Part shown: in pieces, positions 62,934 to 64,000 of the stretch | How positions within the stretch are numbered: position 1 is the stretch's first letter | Layout: the number at the start of each line of letters is the position of its first letter | Assembly: GCA_051294375.1 (NCBI GenBank) | Contig: CM119269.1 | Location: 8,815,619 to 8,879,618, forward strand | Source of the DNA: Paraspadella gotoi | Taxonomy: Eukaryota; Animalia; Chaetognatha | Reading direction: 5' to 3' | DNA length: 64,000 nucleotides | Program-made: the position numbers and the translations under genes | Notes under the pieces: model-generated | What the model saw: only the letters and a program-made list of their open reading frames with translations | The model's database searches: none | Told to the model about the DNA's origin: nothing

Positions 62934-64000
62934 TAATAATCGATTTTTTTATCTTATTTATCTCATTTCCTCCGGTGATCCATTAGGGGCTTCAAGTTTA
63001 ACTCTAGAATAAAAACAAAAATTAAAGCTTCGTTATTCTAAACTCAAACGCAACGAAAATATATACAAATAAATATATACAAAGAATAAATCTTTAATTC
63101 CATTGAATTAATTTTCTTTTTTTTTACTTTTAGCTTCGATTCGTCACATATTGTCAAATTGAGAATTGGTAAAAAAAATTTTTTTCTTAAGTATTTTTTA
63201 GGAAACAATTTGTTGTTGTAATATCCATGGCGCTCCTACAATAATTTTTCTAAAAAACCTTTTTAAAAATATTTTTAAATTTTTTTTGGTTTTCGTTGTA
63301 GAAAAAAAAATGTCGGCGATGATATCCAGCAGATTTCGTAGTGGGGGAGAAGCCAAAGATAATCCGATCAAAAAAAAAAGGGAAGGAGAGAATAAAGAAA
63401 AAAGGAAGGAGAGATGGAAAAAAAGGGAAAAGATAGAGAAAAAAAAAAGGATAGAAAAAGAAAAGGAAAAGAAAAGAAAAAAAACAAAACAAATAAGGTT
63501 GAGAGAAACGAAAAGATGACGACTACGAGTTTGGTTTTAAACTCGCGTCCCGACGCGAATGTGATGGAACCTCTTCTTTTGGTATCTATCCATCTTTGCC
63601 TTGCCTCCTCCTCCTCCTCCTCCTCTTACTCCTCCTCTTCCTCCTCTTCTTCCTATTTCCTCTTTTCATTTGATCCTTCTTCTACTTCTCACGTTTCTCC
63701 TTCTTCCTCCTCTATTCCTTCCTCCCTTTTTTCTTCTTCCTCCCTTCCTTTACTTTCCTCTACTTTTCCTTCTACAGATTATCCAAGATTAGTTAAACAG
63801 AATTTTAGTGTTACTACCTTCATCTTAGCTCACACTGTGCGATATTCCTGAAGTCAAAAACAGAAAATAAAAGAGTAGAATTTAAAAAAACCGGGTGGTT
63901 AAACTTTGTGCAACATCATAGAATCATAGCAAAGCCAAAGGCCATTTTTATAACTATTTCGTTTAAAAGCAAAAGACCTAAAAAAGGCAACCGTTGGTTC

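Overview
Eukaryotic (invertebrate-like metazoan) genomic DNA that is intron-rich, dense in microsatellites ((GA)n, (TCG)n, (TTTA)n) and from a gapped draft assembly. Most ORFs in the supplied track are microsatellite noise. Manual exon/phase chaining gives four spliced genes. (1) A + strand adhesion GPCR (GAIN/GPS + 7TM family B2), 5'-truncated, ending at 28974. (2) A - strand SUEL-lectin + VWC + Ser-Gly/acidic + Thr-rich proteoglycan-like gene (51636 to 31216). Its 13.8-kb intron splits the lectin domain and contains (3) a complete opposite-strand mitochondrial-clan cytochrome P450 (39350-45885) plus tRNA-His genes. (4) A 225-aa orphan coiled-coil protein starting MGCGKS (52061-56132). There are three intact tRNA-His(GUG) genes, two of them intronic on the host sense strand. 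Recurring oddities are tandem repeats that amplify splice-donor junctions in three different genes and three phase-forced GAG 3' splice acceptors. Several large indel-ridden duplications, including a ~15-kb palindrome in the GPCR, sit next to exact 25-N gaps and are most likely long-read gap-filling artefacts. No CRISPR, rRNA or autonomous transposon was found, and I cannot claim a clearly new biological system.
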